Shown here: positions 1 through 13,157 of the stretch, piece after piece
How the letters are laid out: each line of letters opens with the position of its first letter
Numbering within the stretch: position 1 is the stretch's first letter
Source: Puccinia triticina
Lineage: Eukaryota
Assembly (NCBI GenBank): GCA_026914245.1
Contig: CP110439.1
Location: 3,968,001-4,032,000, forward strand
DNA: 64,000 bases
Direction: 5' to 3'
Position numbers and translations under genes: made by a program
The notes under the pieces: model-generated
What the model saw: only the letters and a program-made list of their open reading frames with translations
The model's database searches: none
What the model was told of the DNA's origin: nothing

Positions 1-489
1 TACAAACAGAGTGTGCCTTGGCACACTCCTACAAACAGAGTGTTCTTTGGCACACTCCTGCAACTGAGTGGACCTTGGTGTTACATGGTATCTTGGCTAT
101 CCCATAAAGGATATCTGGTAATTAACACTGAAAATATTTGGGGGGAAAGTCTAAAGAAATGTTGAGATTGGTTGGGTGAGAAAAAGAAAATTGTTACACA
201 TTCCATTATTTGAGACATACCTCCTTGATCTGCGTGCAGGGAGTCAAAATTATAATATTCAATTGAGTTTTCCCTTTTCAGTCTGTTCAGGAGATCAATG
301 GAACAATTTGGTCAGATTGTTTTAACAGTGTACACCAGGAAAATAAAATAGTCAGTTTTATCAAGTGAAATCACACCAGCTGCAGCCAGCTACCCACCAT
401 CTATCCAATATCTATCCACTATCTACCCCAAACTCCCAACCATCTCCTCACCTTCCAAAATTTACCAAGGAGGTCCTGTTCAGTTTTTG

Positions 490-920
490 ATGAGCCCAAC
501 TGATCCTCAGTTCTGTCCAGCTGATACTCAGCTTTGGTACCCAGCTCATACTCAGCTTTTTTGCCCAGCTCATACTCAGCTTTTTCACGCAGCTCACTCT
601 CAGAATTGGAATAAAGTATTTTGACCAGTCCTAGCCCAGGTGATGCTCAGCTTTGTACTAGTCCTGGTGCAGCTGATGCTCAGCTTTGTACCTGTCCTTG
701 CTCAGCCTTTTCCTATTCCTGTCCCAGCTGATGCTCAGCTTGCTGAGTATTGTTCCAGGGCCAAAGATGATCATCAGGTGGCCAGTGCCAAAGCTGAGCA
801 TCAGCTGGGCCAGGGCAAAAACTGAGCATCAGCTGAGCCAGGGTAAAAGCTGAGCATCAGCTGAGCCAGGGTAAAAGCTGAGCATCAGCTGGGCCAGGGC
901 CAAAGCTGAGCATCATCTGG
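490..920. repeat. Foldback-like array: tandem CAGCTGATGCTCAGCTTT units followed by the same units in inverted orientation
   Basis: Left arm repeats cagctgat(g/a)ctcagcttt, right arm repeats aaagctgagcatcagctg (about 28-bp period at 841/869); orientation switches near 745. Confidence 0.75.
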
Positions 921-1099
921 TTTTGTCACATTGAGTGCTTTGATCCTGACACCTGTCATGTGAGCCCTAGATGTGCTGGTGGAGAGGAACAGCATTGGAG
1001 CAGTGTTGGAGCTGAAAATCAAGCTGCATCATGTCACTTGCCATCAAGTGACTAATTTTTTTTCCTGGTGGTATATTGTAGGAATACAGACCAAAACAA

Positions 1100-1272
1100 C
1101 CCAGACCACCCAGACCCGCAGCAAAATCTTGTGTGGTTAAATCCAGCCCACCCAGACCCGCGGCAAAAGCTTGCGCGGTTAAATCCAGCCCACCCAGACC
1201 CGCGGCAAAAGCTTGTGCGGTTAAATCCAGAACCCAAGCCCGCGGCAAAAGCTTGCGCGGTTAAATCCAGCT
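1100..1272. repeat. Minisatellite, about 42-bp unit x4
   Basis: gcaaaa(g/t)cttg(c/t)gcggttaaatccag-type unit recurs at 1121, 1163, 1205, 1245. Confidence 0.9.
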
Positions 1273-3366
1273 GTGAAGAAAGGCAAGCACTTTCCACAGT
1301 CCAGACCCTCAGACCCAGACTTAAACCAAAGACCCCAGCTGACAAGTGTAACTCTTGCTTGGTAGCAGAAGCAAGACCCAATAAGGTCAACGCGCAAGGT
1401 TTAGGAAAAACAAGAAACAAAAGACCAGAGTATGTGCTAGAGGCAAGAAGATCTGAACTGACAGATAAACTGATCTGTTCATGTTCCATCACAGAAACCT
1501 TGCTGCACAACTCAGTCCCAAAATATCCTTGGACTTGCTCCTAGACAGAATTACAGAGAGCAAACCCAGCAATCAGGTTTCTCTTCAGCCGTACTGCCAG
1601 GACAAAAATAAGCTGATACAATAATGCTTGTCTGGCATTGGTAAGCCTAAAGAGGATAGAAAAGCAAATTAAGATCAAGAGGAAAAACTGATTGAGAGCT
1701 TGTTGTGTTATAGATATTCTCAAATATCAATCACTCACATCCTTTCTCACACTTCACATCATCCATAAGCCCGGAAGCAGAATCTTTACTCCCAGTTGTA
1801 GCAGTCTTGGACTGCTCTCAGGTAGAGATTTGGATAGCTTTACAATTGTAGCTTGTTATCAATTGTGGTTACAAGAATCTAACTGGAAAGATAACTCTCA
1901 CTTGTTCCATTTATTTTATATATGAATCTAGTTGCATAATCTATTGATTGTAACATACATCATACATGCTATGCAAACTGATCACAAAAACTGATCCAGA
2001 TAAACTGGGAACCACAATGGGTTGACTGAAAAAACAGTGATTAAGAGAGTTTTGCAATCTAGTCAGCTGGTACAATGAAACTAGACTTGCATGATGCAAA
2101 GATTGAGACATACATACCTGCTAAGCCTGATTGGTTGGGGAGGGGATGTCAAAAGAACAATTGGTTGAGATTTCACTATGGGGCAAGTCTGGGGCCAGTG
2201 CTTCTGTGGTGCCACTGTGACCCCACATGGCAAAAAGTGCATCTGGGGCCACACTTAACAAAGCCTGCGAGCCAAGAATGTATCTAATACACTACTTTTA
2301 ATGTGTAATACCATAATTTAGCAGTCTTTTGGCACCGCTAGGCTAAACTAAAATGTAGTGCACATTCTATAGCAATTACAGCTAACAGAAACTGGGGGGA
2401 AAGTGCAATTTCAACTACAAATCAAAACTAATTTAGTGTAGCAGGCCACTAATTAGCTGTAATTTTGCCTTAGTGGGCTGTTGGTCTTAACAGGTTTGTA
2501 TCATGGTAAAACTAAACACCCTAGATCATTAGTGGCAAATGCTACACTATATTTTTAGTGGTGCTGATTACATTTAATGTAATAGACATTGTTGCACAAG
2601 CACCACAAAGTGTGCAGGTGCAAGTGGGGCTTACACTCACTTAACACAATTCCCCCCTAATGGCAGGCTTTCTGTGGCTGGTGGCAAAGCTACCCCTCCC
2701 ACAGGGAGGGACTTGTGTATAATTGTAACTTTTAAGCAGGAGCAGGAAGGTCTTTTGGCTGGGAGGCTTTTAATTTTTTTTATAACTCCTCCCCTGGCAT
2801 CTCCATGCAACTGAACCAAATATGCCATATGCTACATCACCTTCCCTACAATTTGATCTGCTCAAATTTATCTCTATCATCATTGATTGACCTTCAATAA
2901 TGTTTCCAAAAATTGAAGTGTTCCCAATGGGGATCCATCAGTTTGTGACTCTGGCAATAATTTTTCCAGCTACAAGACGAGTGGCTCAAATTTCTCCCAA
3001 GGACAGAACCTACAATTATGTCTATTCAGTTTGCTTTTGTCAGTTTTGGCTTTTTGTGTAGCAGATACTTTCTCCTCCGGCTTGAAGTGAGAGATATCTC
3101 ACAAGCCTCTCCTATGGAGAACGCTCGGCGCGGGTCCCCCGAACCTCCGTTTGAGTGGCTTTGTTAAGCTAGGGGCTTACGACTAAAAAGGAGGATGTTG
3201 GCATGAAGTTATCTCCAAATGGGCTCATTGATTGATTGGTTACTTTACAAACAAACAAAATAAGGAAAATAGAAAATTAAAAAAATTAAGACATGTCAGC
3301 TTTGGATGCATAGAAACAAAATAGTACGACAAAGCAGCTGAAAAGAATGGATGAGAAAAAGGAGAT

Positions 3367-6300
3367 TCAAGTTCTCCAGGGATCATTAGGTTCTGTCCAA
3401 GGAGTAGCAGCGGAAGATTTGGAGTCAGGATGATTCCAAGAAGAAGAGTTTGTGGGCATGGATGACTGGCGGTTGGGGGAAGCCGGTTGATGAGGTTTAT
3501 CTTGTGGGGAATGAGTGGCTGTAAATTTAGCGATCTCTGAACGGATGGCTGATAGATCAAACGTATTGGGTTGATTGGCCTGTTGAGCTTGATTGGAAGA
3601 CGTATCAGATGAAAGAGAGGGGGAAGAATCGAGACTGGCTTTTTGATCAGAGGCCGGTATTCGAGATGTGGAAGCAGATGATGCAGAGCGAGCGTGTGAT
3701 TGGGGTTCGCGGGGTGGATGATCGTCGTCCCTGCGAGCAGGTACAGATCCAGAGATTGAGTGAGTCTTCTGGAGGACTAGAGAGGTCGGTCGTACGTTCT
3801 TCAGCTTTTTGGTAAAGTTGAAGATCATCCGCTTCTTCTCTTCAGCTTCTTTCATCGTCTTTAGCGCCGACGGTTCCTCTTCAGGGGCCTCATCTTCCTC
3901 CATCGCGTCCGGCTCGTCGAAGTGATCGGCTGTCACTTTAAATCCCAGCTCTGCCAAGACCACTGGCATCTGGGCTCGATAACTCATGTGTCCGACCACG
4001 ATTCCGGTCAAGTTGACGTTCTCCATATCAGGCACTGATGTGACTGGACTTAGCCCAGCCACGGTCTGGATACCTCCCGTTGTAGCTCGATATAGATATC
4101 CGAGGATCCAGTCATTTTGGCAGTACCCATTGACGAACCGACCAGCGACGACACCTCGAATCTCGCGCCAGGTTTTTGCGGGCGCAGTCACTGTTGCCCC
4201 TAGAAGGTAGACTTCCTGAACTATTCCGTAGGCCTTCTGACGAGCCAATTCAACCAACGCATAGAAGATCGCCCGAGCACCCAGTGAGAATCCGATCAAA
4301 CTCACTGGCCGGATACCGACGTGACGCTTGATTAAGATATCAGCTAGCAATATTCCAGCCGCTCGGGCTCGAGCGAGAGCATTAGACCAAGGATTATCAA
4401 TCAGATAACCGAGTTTCGTGAGCATCAAGGGCCATTGCAATGCACTCATTAACGCCGTCAATACGGTCGCTTGTAAGACTTGTTGTCCCACCTGAGTCAA
4501 GACTTCAGAGGTTAAAATCTTGAGGATGTTTCCTGTTTCTCCCATCATCTCTGGCTCCCACAGAATCGAAAACACATCTCCCATAGATTGATCCATCACG
4601 CTGAACGGCAGTCGAACGTCGTCATTCGCACCTTCCATAAATCTAGTTGTAGCGCCCAGATTAGAAGAAAATAAAATCGGTAAGCACGCAAAAGAGAAAC
4701 TCAACAGAAAGGAAGGTTGTCAAGGATAGTTCACTCACCCTGGCAGAGTTAAAAAGACGTTTACTCGGCGATTGTTATGCAATGGAAGGATCTTGAATGT
4801 TGTTACCGACTGAGTGCGTTTACCCATCCCCCTTCCAGCAATATTCATCCCCGTGACAGTTCCGGCAGTCGTGATGACAGCAGCACCACCAGCTCCGGCG
4901 AGGAATCCAGAGGTGCCACCAATTCCGATGGTTGTAAATCCAGCGGCCAAGCCAGCGCCAATGACGGGTGCCAATAAACCCGCACTGAGACCAATAACCA
5001 AACCACCGCCGATCGTAGCCGCGCCCATCATGACCAATCGTTTCCTTTTCGATTTCCGATCGTGTTCTTGAATTACCTCAGCATTGTTTTCTTTCCTCAC
5101 ATCTTCTTCCACTTCGAGCGCTTCTGTCAACCGACGCTCAAACAGGACGACATCCATCCACGAAAGACGTAGTTTATGCGCACATCTTCCTAAAAACACC
5201 CTCGATCGAGCATCATAGATACTATCCACAATCAAAACTAGAAACAAGTCACATAGTACCGTCCACCGAATATCTAGAGTCATCATTTCATCCGAGGCAG
5301 AAATCGTTTTCGAAATGCCGGGCAACGTGTTGGGTAGCTCATCGGGTTCCGGAGTGGGTTGTTCTTCTCGGTTGGGAGGCTCAGAATGAGGAGGGAAGGA
5401 ATTCTTCGAAGGTTTGGGCGTTTCTGAATCATCCACTTCTTCTTTCACGGGTTCAGGAGGTGGATCAGATTTAGGAAGACTGGAAGATTCAGAGCCTGAG
5501 GCCCAAGGTATGTTGGAGCTTGCGGGATCACTTGCGAATGGTTCACCACCTGACTGAAATGAAGTCCGGAAGCCATCGCTATCAGAGGAGCCAAATGGGT
5601 TGGTGTTCTCGTTCTTGTTAGTCCAGGCATTCTCCATACTAGAACGCGATCTGAGAGAGGCGTCGTCACTAACAGATTGGCTTGATGAGTGTTCGAATGA
5701 TTTTCTTTCTGATCCATCGGACGTGTTTGAATCAGATGCATCTGGATCATAATTAGGATTTTTGACTGTATGTGTGGTGATCAAACATTCGACTATATCT
5801 TCGGCCAAAACTCCATGTTCAGCCAGCTGCTGAATCATCTGGCGCTCTTAAAATAGTGGATGATGAATATAGTTTGATGTATTTGGAAGGATGGCGAGCA
5901 GGCAGATGTGATCAATTGGAAGTCGCACAGTGAAGTTGAACAAGAAGAAAACAAAAATAATAGAAGATCCAATAAGCTAGGGTTCTGGGACACATGTTGG
6001 CTTGAAGATTGAAGTCAACAAACAGTTGGAAGATTAGTTGAATACGTACCACGGCTTTCGATGTCCATATGCTTACAAAGCTGATCTATGATATGTGAAC
6101 TCCATCGTTTCATACTTTCAACCGCTGGAGTGACTTCGTTATGACCGCCTCGTTTCAAGGAATCCAGCATCTCCTTCATCACCAAGCTGCACATCCCGAC
6201 ATAAGCGATCCTCTGAGCTTCGTTCAATAAATTCTTGGTGGCTTGGAGTTGATTGAGTGCAGTCATGTCATGGTCATAGTCGAATAGGTATTGAGTCTTC

Positions 6301-6770
6301 TTATTCAAATTGTCTTCATCTGGATCATCGTCAAGTCCTAGCCTAGTATATTTCGATTCTTCTAGATTTTTTGATTTCTCTCGCCAGTCTTCTCCTCTGG
6401 ATGCAGCAGCCTCTGATAGATCAAGTAGTTTTCCAATCGCATTTGATGATGGTACGGTCTCTCGTTCCGGACTACTTGCGGTTGCACGCTTCGGTGGAAT
6501 ATATCTGAATTTCTTCTTGTCTTCATCATCGTATGCTGAATCGTCTGGTCGGATGACTGGCATCTGGATTAGATACATTCATTTCAGCGAACTAGTTCCA
6601 CCATGTTGTTATCATCATAATTGTCCAGAAAAAAAACAGCAGGTGAAATGAATAAGGATGGTGAGGGGGATAGAAAACGGGAAACAGCAAGGGCTTACTT
6701 CTTGCCATTCATCATCGTCATCAGTTTCGGTCTTAACGTTGTTGGTCTTGAGAGTTGTAGTTGGTGCCAT
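3367..6770 (-). CDS. DUF726 family (TMCO4 / yeast Mil1-like) membrane protein with alpha/beta-hydrolase fold; 4 exons
   Basis: Exons 6770-6699, 6563-6050, 5846-4739, 4642-3367 join in frame through GT-AG introns (DDDDEWQE|MPV; ESRE|RQMIQQ; LPG|FMEG). Contains DIRWTVLCDLFL, YDARSR, Gly-rich TM stretch, IDNPW and the GFSLG (GxSxG) nucleophile motif. Confidence 0.9.
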
Positions 6771-7206
6771 AGTTGGGCCAATGGGAGGGGATGTCCTATG
6801 GTTTGCTGAGTTGAGGAAAGTGGTGGTAGGGAATTGGAAAGTCCCTCCCCAAGCGGAATTGTCCCGACAGGATCAATATGGAGTGTCCCCACCGCGCCGC
6901 GGAGCTTTGATTGACGAAAGCGGTTGCGATGCCAAAACCCAAAACTCCGCACCCAGAATAGTCTCCGACATGGCCTCCAGAGTATATGCAGGAGGCGCTG
7001 ATCATGTGAGTAGAAAAGCCCCATCTGTGTATGTAGAATCTGCCTAATAGCTTCCAGGGTACTCTTATAACCGGCAAAAAGCTAATCCCTATCCTTAAAT
7101 TCTATACGTGCAGCTGCTAGGCAGTATGAGTAACGCACCAACAGATGATATTGGAAGACTTCCCGTAGGATCTACGCCCCCCGTACAGACTAAAATTTCA
7201 CAGATC

Positions 7207-7267
7207 TAAACCTCACTTGCTGGTGATAATTGATTGAGATCAAGTTCTCACCAGCCAGTAAGGTTTA
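7207..7267. repeat. 61-bp near-perfect palindrome (hairpin) upstream of the DUF726 gene
   Basis: taaacctcacttgctggtga pairs with tcaccagccagtaaggttta; inner ttgat/atcaa stem. Confidence 0.7.
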
Positions 7268-7358
7268 ACCTGGCCTGACAGATCTGGCTTTTCAGCCCAC
7301 GGGAAGTCATTGATTTATGAGGCGGCGGGGGGTTTTGGTCATATTTCCTGAGGCTTCA

Positions 7359-7422
7359 AAAAATGACTCCCAAATATTGGGAAAAGACTCCCAAATATTG
7401 GGAAAAGACTCCCAAATATTGG
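7359..7422. repeat. 21-bp tandem repeat x3 (aaagactcccaaatattggga), probably part of a small TE relic
   Basis: Three direct copies; a related motif occurs inverted at about 19340-19385. Confidence 0.75.
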
Positions 7423-7968
7423 GGAAACAACTCCCAAAAGCTGTGTTACGTTGCCTGGACCAACTTTGGGAGTTGTTCTCCTAAATCTGTTTTTGATTTG
7501 GGAGTCATTGCTACCAATTTTAATATTGTTTTGTTGGATCAATGGGAGTCACTGCCCAAAAGGCCCTTTTCAGGGGGACCTCCACCCCCGGATAACATTA
7601 TTACACAACATGTAACCCCTGTGAAGCATATTCCCTCAACAGATAAATAACATCCATTCTACCACCAGGGCCTATGCTGAGTTGGACAGAACAGCTGCAG
7701 TAGCACAGCATGTATCATGCCGTAGCAGTTTGTGCACTCAGCACCTCTTCTGTGAGGTTCCTGAGCCTGAAACAGCTAGAAGGCTCAAAGGGCTCTACCT
7801 TCCTTGGCATGGGGGAAGCCCTTCTGTCTCACATATGCCTTGCTGTGTGTGGGTCAAAGGGGAGAAAATGTCTCTCCAGCAAAAACTGTTTTCAGTTTTT
7901 GCCCTCACTGAGATGAGGAAAAGATGTTTTCCCCAAGTAGACACTGAAACTGGTAGCTCAAGGAGTGG

Positions 7969-8207
7969 CACTGCCAGCAAATTTGGCTGAGATGAAGTCA
8001 TCCCAGTTTAACTGGGATGTACTCAACCAATTTAGAATGGGTTGATCTCATCCAATGAAATATAAACCCAAGGGGTACCTTGCATTTAGGTTTCATCAGT
8101 TGATATCAACCAAGTTTAAATTGGTTGAGTTCATCCCAGTTTAAATTGGTTGAGTTCATCCCAGTTTAACTGGGATAACCTCAACCCAGCCAATTATGCT
8201 GGCAGTG
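7969..8207. mobile_element. Non-autonomous CACTA-type (CACTG ends) MITE, largely palindromic
   Basis: TIR cactgccagca...tgctggcagtg, 3-bp TSD TGG on both sides, internal inverted catcccagtttaactgggat repeats. Confidence 0.85.
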
Positions 8208-8366
8208 TGGTGGATGAGGTGCCAAGCCCAAGCCCCCTGCCTAATTGAGTAAAAAAGAACTCAAGTGAAAGGAGAACTTCCTGCGAGATGATGTGATGAG
8301 CAGAAAGGCTAGGGGCACATGGAGAGATTCCTGGGACCCAAGCCTTGCTTGAGTGGCCTACCTATT

Positions 8367-8567
8367 AGGGGGGTTCACAATTGAGTTTTACTAAACTTTA
8401 AAGTAAAATTTAAGGCCTTTATGAACAAAATTTTAAAATTTTGGGAAAATGCACAGCAGTAGGTGATACTGATCAATCAGTGCAATTGATCAATTTTTTA
8501 AAAAAATGGTTATAAACACCTTAAAATGTGTCCCAAAGTTTTGTAAATTTCAATTGTGAAACCCCCT
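8367..8567. mobile_element. MITE with AGGGGG...CCCCCT termini (PHIS/Harbinger-like)
   Basis: TIR aggggggttcacaattga / tcaattgtgaaaccccct; ATT on the left flank, right TSD not preserved. Confidence 0.7.
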
Positions 8568-9704
8568 GGCCTAGCTGTTGCACCGCTTTGGTGTTCTGGA
8601 CCTGAGCTACTGCCAACAAAGGTTAGTTACGCTACGCATAACACATAGATAACGGTAATGTAACAGAATTTTTGCCGTTATCTATGTGTTACGCGTAATG
8701 TTGGTGCAATCATGTTATTGCACCACAGGAAGGCCCTTATGTTTATGTTACTTACGTTATTCAATTGGGGCATGCATGGCCCCTGATAACAAGCAAATAT
8801 CAAGGCAAAAACAGCCTTAAATGGTCTTTTTTTGCGTTAGCAGCTGATATCAAGCAAATATCAAGGCAAAAACAGCCTTAAATGGTCTTTTTTTGCGTTA
8901 GCAGCTGATATCAAGCAAATATCAAGGCAAAAACAGCCTTAATTGGTCTTTTTTTGCATTATCCAGCGGATAACGCGATAACAGGCCACTTTTTTGAGGC
9001 CCATTACGTTAGGCATTGTAAAGCTCAAAAGTGTTCCTGAGAACCTTTTGCTGAGTGTAGAAAGGGATGTGTGAGGGAACCTCTGCCTTTCATGGGTCAC
9101 TAGACACTAAAACAAGCCCCCCAATCTTAGATTGGAAGGTTTATGTAGTGATAGTGGAGGTGTATCAAAAGATAGCCTACTTTGAGCAGGTGGCTTAAGG
9201 GTTATCGTGATGTAGCTGATGTGTAAGTGTTTCTAATGTATGTAAGGGTGTAAAACCACAATACAGAGTGGGGCTAATACTGTAGAGTGAGCAAGTATTG
9301 TACTGTTATGGGGTAAGCTGAGTGCAAGTAGTTTGCTGAGGGAAATTACAACTGGGGGGAAGAGAGCCTCCTTAAATAGACAAGAGTGAGACATTTTAGC
9401 TCCAGGGGAACAAGAGAATGAGGGCTGCCCTGAAGGCTACAATGAGGTATTCTGGCTGGTGGTTGACAGGTCACATGAGGTCATGATGTCATATGAGGGA
9501 ATTCATCTAGTGAGAGATAGGAGGTGAGATGTTTTTGCTGGCCTGGCCTGTCAAATGATGTCATCTGCAAGCTGCATGAGGGGTTTTTGCTATCTTGACA
9601 CCTGCATGATCCTGCATGATGCCATCTGTCAACTGTCAGACTGTAGCCCCTATTACACTAGTCTACATGCACCTGCAAAGCCTGCATCAAGTGTGCATAA
9701 CACT

Positions 9705-11795
9705 TAAGGTTGCAACCCGGGCCTCCGGGTTTGGGTACGGCTCTCCCGAGATCCGAACCTGGCATATCTGGCTCTGATGCCAGGTATCCGTCAGATCTCT
9801 TGCTTTTTTTGGAATTTGCGCTACTTGACGTGAATGTGGGATCCCTGATCATCCCTGGACCACCCACCACACAATTTCTCTCGTCCAATGCCTGCAAAAC
9901 GCCCTGTTGAAGAAGTGGAAACCAGCTCTGACTCAGACTCAACTCAGATATCAAACAAATCACAGCTCCTGCAAAGACTCAAGATACCAGCAAGAAAAGC
10001 TGGGTCTGGCAGTATTTCAAGACAAGGCGTTTGTCACAATGTTTTTCAGGTCAACAAGAATCCTGGCAGCGGTAATGCGTGCCTTGTAAAACTTGCAGTT
10101 GACAGGAAAGGATTGACAAAAAGTATGGCAAATCACTTGGACCGCGTTCATCGTATATGCAAAGGAAAGTCAAATGCGGTTGCAATCACCAAGTTCTTAC
10201 AGAAGGGGAAAGTACCCAAAAAGCTTGATTGTGAATCCTTGACCTCTGCTGTTGCTTGCTTTTTCATTAACTGCAACATCCCATTCCACGACATTGACAA
10301 TGAAGACTTTAGAGAAATTCTTCGACTTGCCAATCCAGAAACAACCCGATTTCTATGCAGAAAAGATATTCTTGCTGCCTTCATACGGAAATATTTTGCG
10401 CAAGGACAACAAGTTATCCAACAGCAATTCCACAAACTCGACTCTAGAAAAAGTCTGACATGTGACACTTGGACGTCTCCTAGCAACTTATCTATACTTG
10501 GAGTTACTGCGCACTGGATCACCAAAGACTTTTTACTCAAGTCAATGGTCTTAGCTGCGGTACCAGTCAAAGGCAGCCACGCTTGGATTCACCTTGGCAA
10601 TGGAAGTCACCTAGTCAATGTACTTAGGCTTTTGGCATATCTGATAAGATCTTCTGTATCACGGCCAATAACACGTCAAACAACGGGACTATGGGGACCC
10701 ATTTGAACACGGCAATCTCTTTCAACTCAAAGGAACACATGCTTGGTTGTATGGCCCATGTGATCAATCTTGCCGCTCAAGCTGGAATAAAAGCTTTTTC
10801 CAAACCACCACCAGCGCCACCTGCGAGTATGTTGGGGATTCTAAACGATTGACCATCTCCAGATGAAGTCTCTAGTATTATCTCACGCATTGGTGGCTTT
10901 GCAACCTTTCCGAAGCGCTCGCCACAAAAGTCAGCAGCCTTTGACGGAATTGTCAAAGGTATCATCGGAAAAAAACTCTCGATGATTCAAGATGTTTCCA
11001 CTCAATGGAATTCAACTTTTTCCATGCTTGAAAGGGCATTGAAACTTTGCGATTGCATAAAAATCTTTTGCAAAACAAACAACTTGAACAAAGAATATGA
11101 CCTCCCTACCAGCAAATGGAAGACAGTCCAACAGATTTGCAATTTCTTGGAACCTCTCAATGAAGCGACAGAAACGGTCTCGCTTGATAAAACCACCTCA
11201 CTTGTCTTTGGAGCACCGGTATACATCTGTTTAATACAAAGGCTCCATGAGGTAAGCCTTTTGACAGTTGATTTCAAGTTCCAACTTCATTGCTCTTTCT
11301 TTTACTAACTTGGGGTTTTGGTCTAATCTCAAAACAGGCGAGTACACAGTATGACGCTGAGGGACTCATTCCAGCAGCCAAAGACATGCTTGATAAGCTG
11401 ATGGGTTATTTCTACGCTGCTATGGAAAAACCGGTCTATCTCTGCTCGATGCTGCTTGATCCGCGTATTAAAACACACAAACTCACTCCTGAAGCCCTCA
11501 CTGCCAGCAATCTGGAGGCACTGATCTGCTTGAAAAGCTGGCTTGCTCGGGATTTTATTGATATCAATGCCATCAAAGTGGATTCTCTTTGATATTGTTT
11601 TTTTTGCATGCATTTATGGCTTGAATGATATAACAAAATGAAATTTTGGCCTACTTTTTTGTCTACCCTGTGCCTCCACCTGCGTACCCAGGTATCCAAT
11701 TTGATACCAGACTGCTAGAAATGCACCCGTGACCCAACCCAACCCGGTATCCAATTGGGTAGCGCCAGATCATTGGGGTTTGGGTCGCAACCTTA
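9705..11795 (+). mobile_element. hAT-superfamily DNA transposon (decayed)
   Basis: 14-bp TIR taaggttgcaaccc / gggtcgcaacctta; perfect 8-bp TSD ATAACACT at 9697-9704 and 11796-11803. Confidence 0.93.
9888..11592 (+). pseudogene. hAT transposase pseudogene
   Basis: LTCDTWTS, CMAHVINLA, DVSTQWNSTFSMLERAL, LDPRIK and LEALICLKSW motifs; frameshift near 10600, in-frame TGA near 10849, intron about 11251-11336, and the region with the catalytic Glu of the C-terminal domain appears deleted. Confidence 0.88.
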
Positions 11796-13157
11796 ATAAC
11801 ACTGCATGACATGTGCATAGCTCAATTTAATGAGTTCAGCTGATGAGGTAGGGTATATGTGAAGGGTAGACAAGCTGTCAGGGTGGTCCATGTAACAGAT
11901 TACATGGTCCTGGTTAGGTGTGGTTCATGTAATGGATTAAATGCCCTGAGTATGGTGTTTTGAAGGGGTTGTAACTTGTGATACAGAGGGTTTGTTCATG
12001 GTGTCCTGTGTAGTTTTGGCCGTAGAATCCAGTGGTGCCGCCATATTGGTTGATTTGAGAGTGTACATATGAGAAAAAAAGGAAATTTTGAAATGGGCTA
12101 GATGGGTAACCATAAAGCATACAACAGCGTGGGACTTAAAATGACACTGTTATTAGTAAAGTAACGGGGAGCCCCTAGTAACAAGGGTGGTTACGTTACC
12201 CAAAAAAGTTGGATAACGTAGAGTAACATAACTACCCTTTGTTGCTACTGCTCTGGGCCAAGAGAGATGAGAGATTGTATGTCATGCTTGCTGTGGGAAA
12301 ATTTGCATGGATCCTCCTGTGTGATATCTACCAATCATAGGCTAGCGGATCCTGTTAGGGAGCAGATCTAATTCTACACCACCAATTTGTTTCCTTGGAT
12401 GTGCTGTGGGGTCTAAAACAGGGCAGGCTAGACCTGTACACCTTGCATCTGACAGCAGGTGCAGGTCAACTGCAGCAATGGGTCAGATTTATTGGTCTGA
12501 ACCATCTGAACAAAGTGTCAGGCCAACCCTGCCAACACATCACTTTGGAATTGTGCTTGAGTCAGGGGAAATGTAACACAATCCGGCCCTGGGGAGCAGG
12601 CCAACATCCTCTGTAGGTGGGGCCAGTCCGGAATCCACATGGGCTTTCCCAACCAGTAAATAGAAGGGCTTGCCCAAATGAGCAAGCCAATGCTTTCAGC
12701 TGGCTGGTTCCACAATGAAAAAAGGCAAGGAACACCTTGGTGATCATTCCCTTGTAGACCAACCTCATTCTTTGGTTGAGCCAATGTCAAGCCAGTCAAG
12801 AATTGAAAAAAATAGGTTTTTGAATCAAGTGTTCCGTGCCTTTCTCCATCTAAGGGAAAAGGCTACACAGGAGATAAATTACACAAAAGAATAAATTACA
12901 TGTGAGGTCTTCAAGAATTGGAGGATCTTCCACAATGAGAAGACTCACAAAATTGGTATTAGTGTTACTTGTTTGCTCTAACCAGCAATGCAAAACAAAT
13001 GGTGTCTAGTTGATCAAGGCATAGCACTGCTCCAATGCTGGGGTTTTTGGGGTGGTGAAGGAGAACTTGGTTTCAACCCTGGGTGAGGTCATTTTTGGTG
13101 ATCTAACCCTTTGTTGTCAACCCAATACCCACCACGGCACCAATGGCAGGCCCACGT

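Larger units (their letters stand above)
9017..12126 (-). mobile_element. Solo LTR (TG...CA), interrupted by a hAT element
   Basis: Starts tgtaaagctcaaaagtg like the LTR copies at 13158 and 16757, ends acaaca like 17868; flanks gcat/gcgt (probable 4-bp TSD with one transition); TATA-like motif on the minus strand near 9372. Confidence 0.65.
8614..12244. mobile_element. Non-autonomous TIR element with CAAC...GTTG ends and 7-bp TSD, carrying nested insertions
   Basis: caacaaagg...cctttgttg termini, CTACTGC duplicated at 8607-8613 and 12245-12251; subterminal gttacg/cgtaac motifs at both ends; 61-bp tandem repeat x3 at about 8785-8960. Confidence 0.8.

Noticed and set aside
640..825. 61-aa ORF resembling a small secreted protein
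   Set aside because: The hydrophobic start is simply the translation of the foldback repeat units.
1068..1544. Repetitive 158-aa ORF and overlapping antisense ORFs
   Set aside because: Produced by the 42-bp minisatellite; no recognisable domain.
8785..8960. CRISPR-like array
   Set aside because: Head-to-tail 61-bp tandem copies with no unique spacers, no cas genes, eukaryotic context.
12250..13150. Possible decayed coding relic on the minus strand
   Set aside because: Only short broken frames; family cannot be supported by eye.
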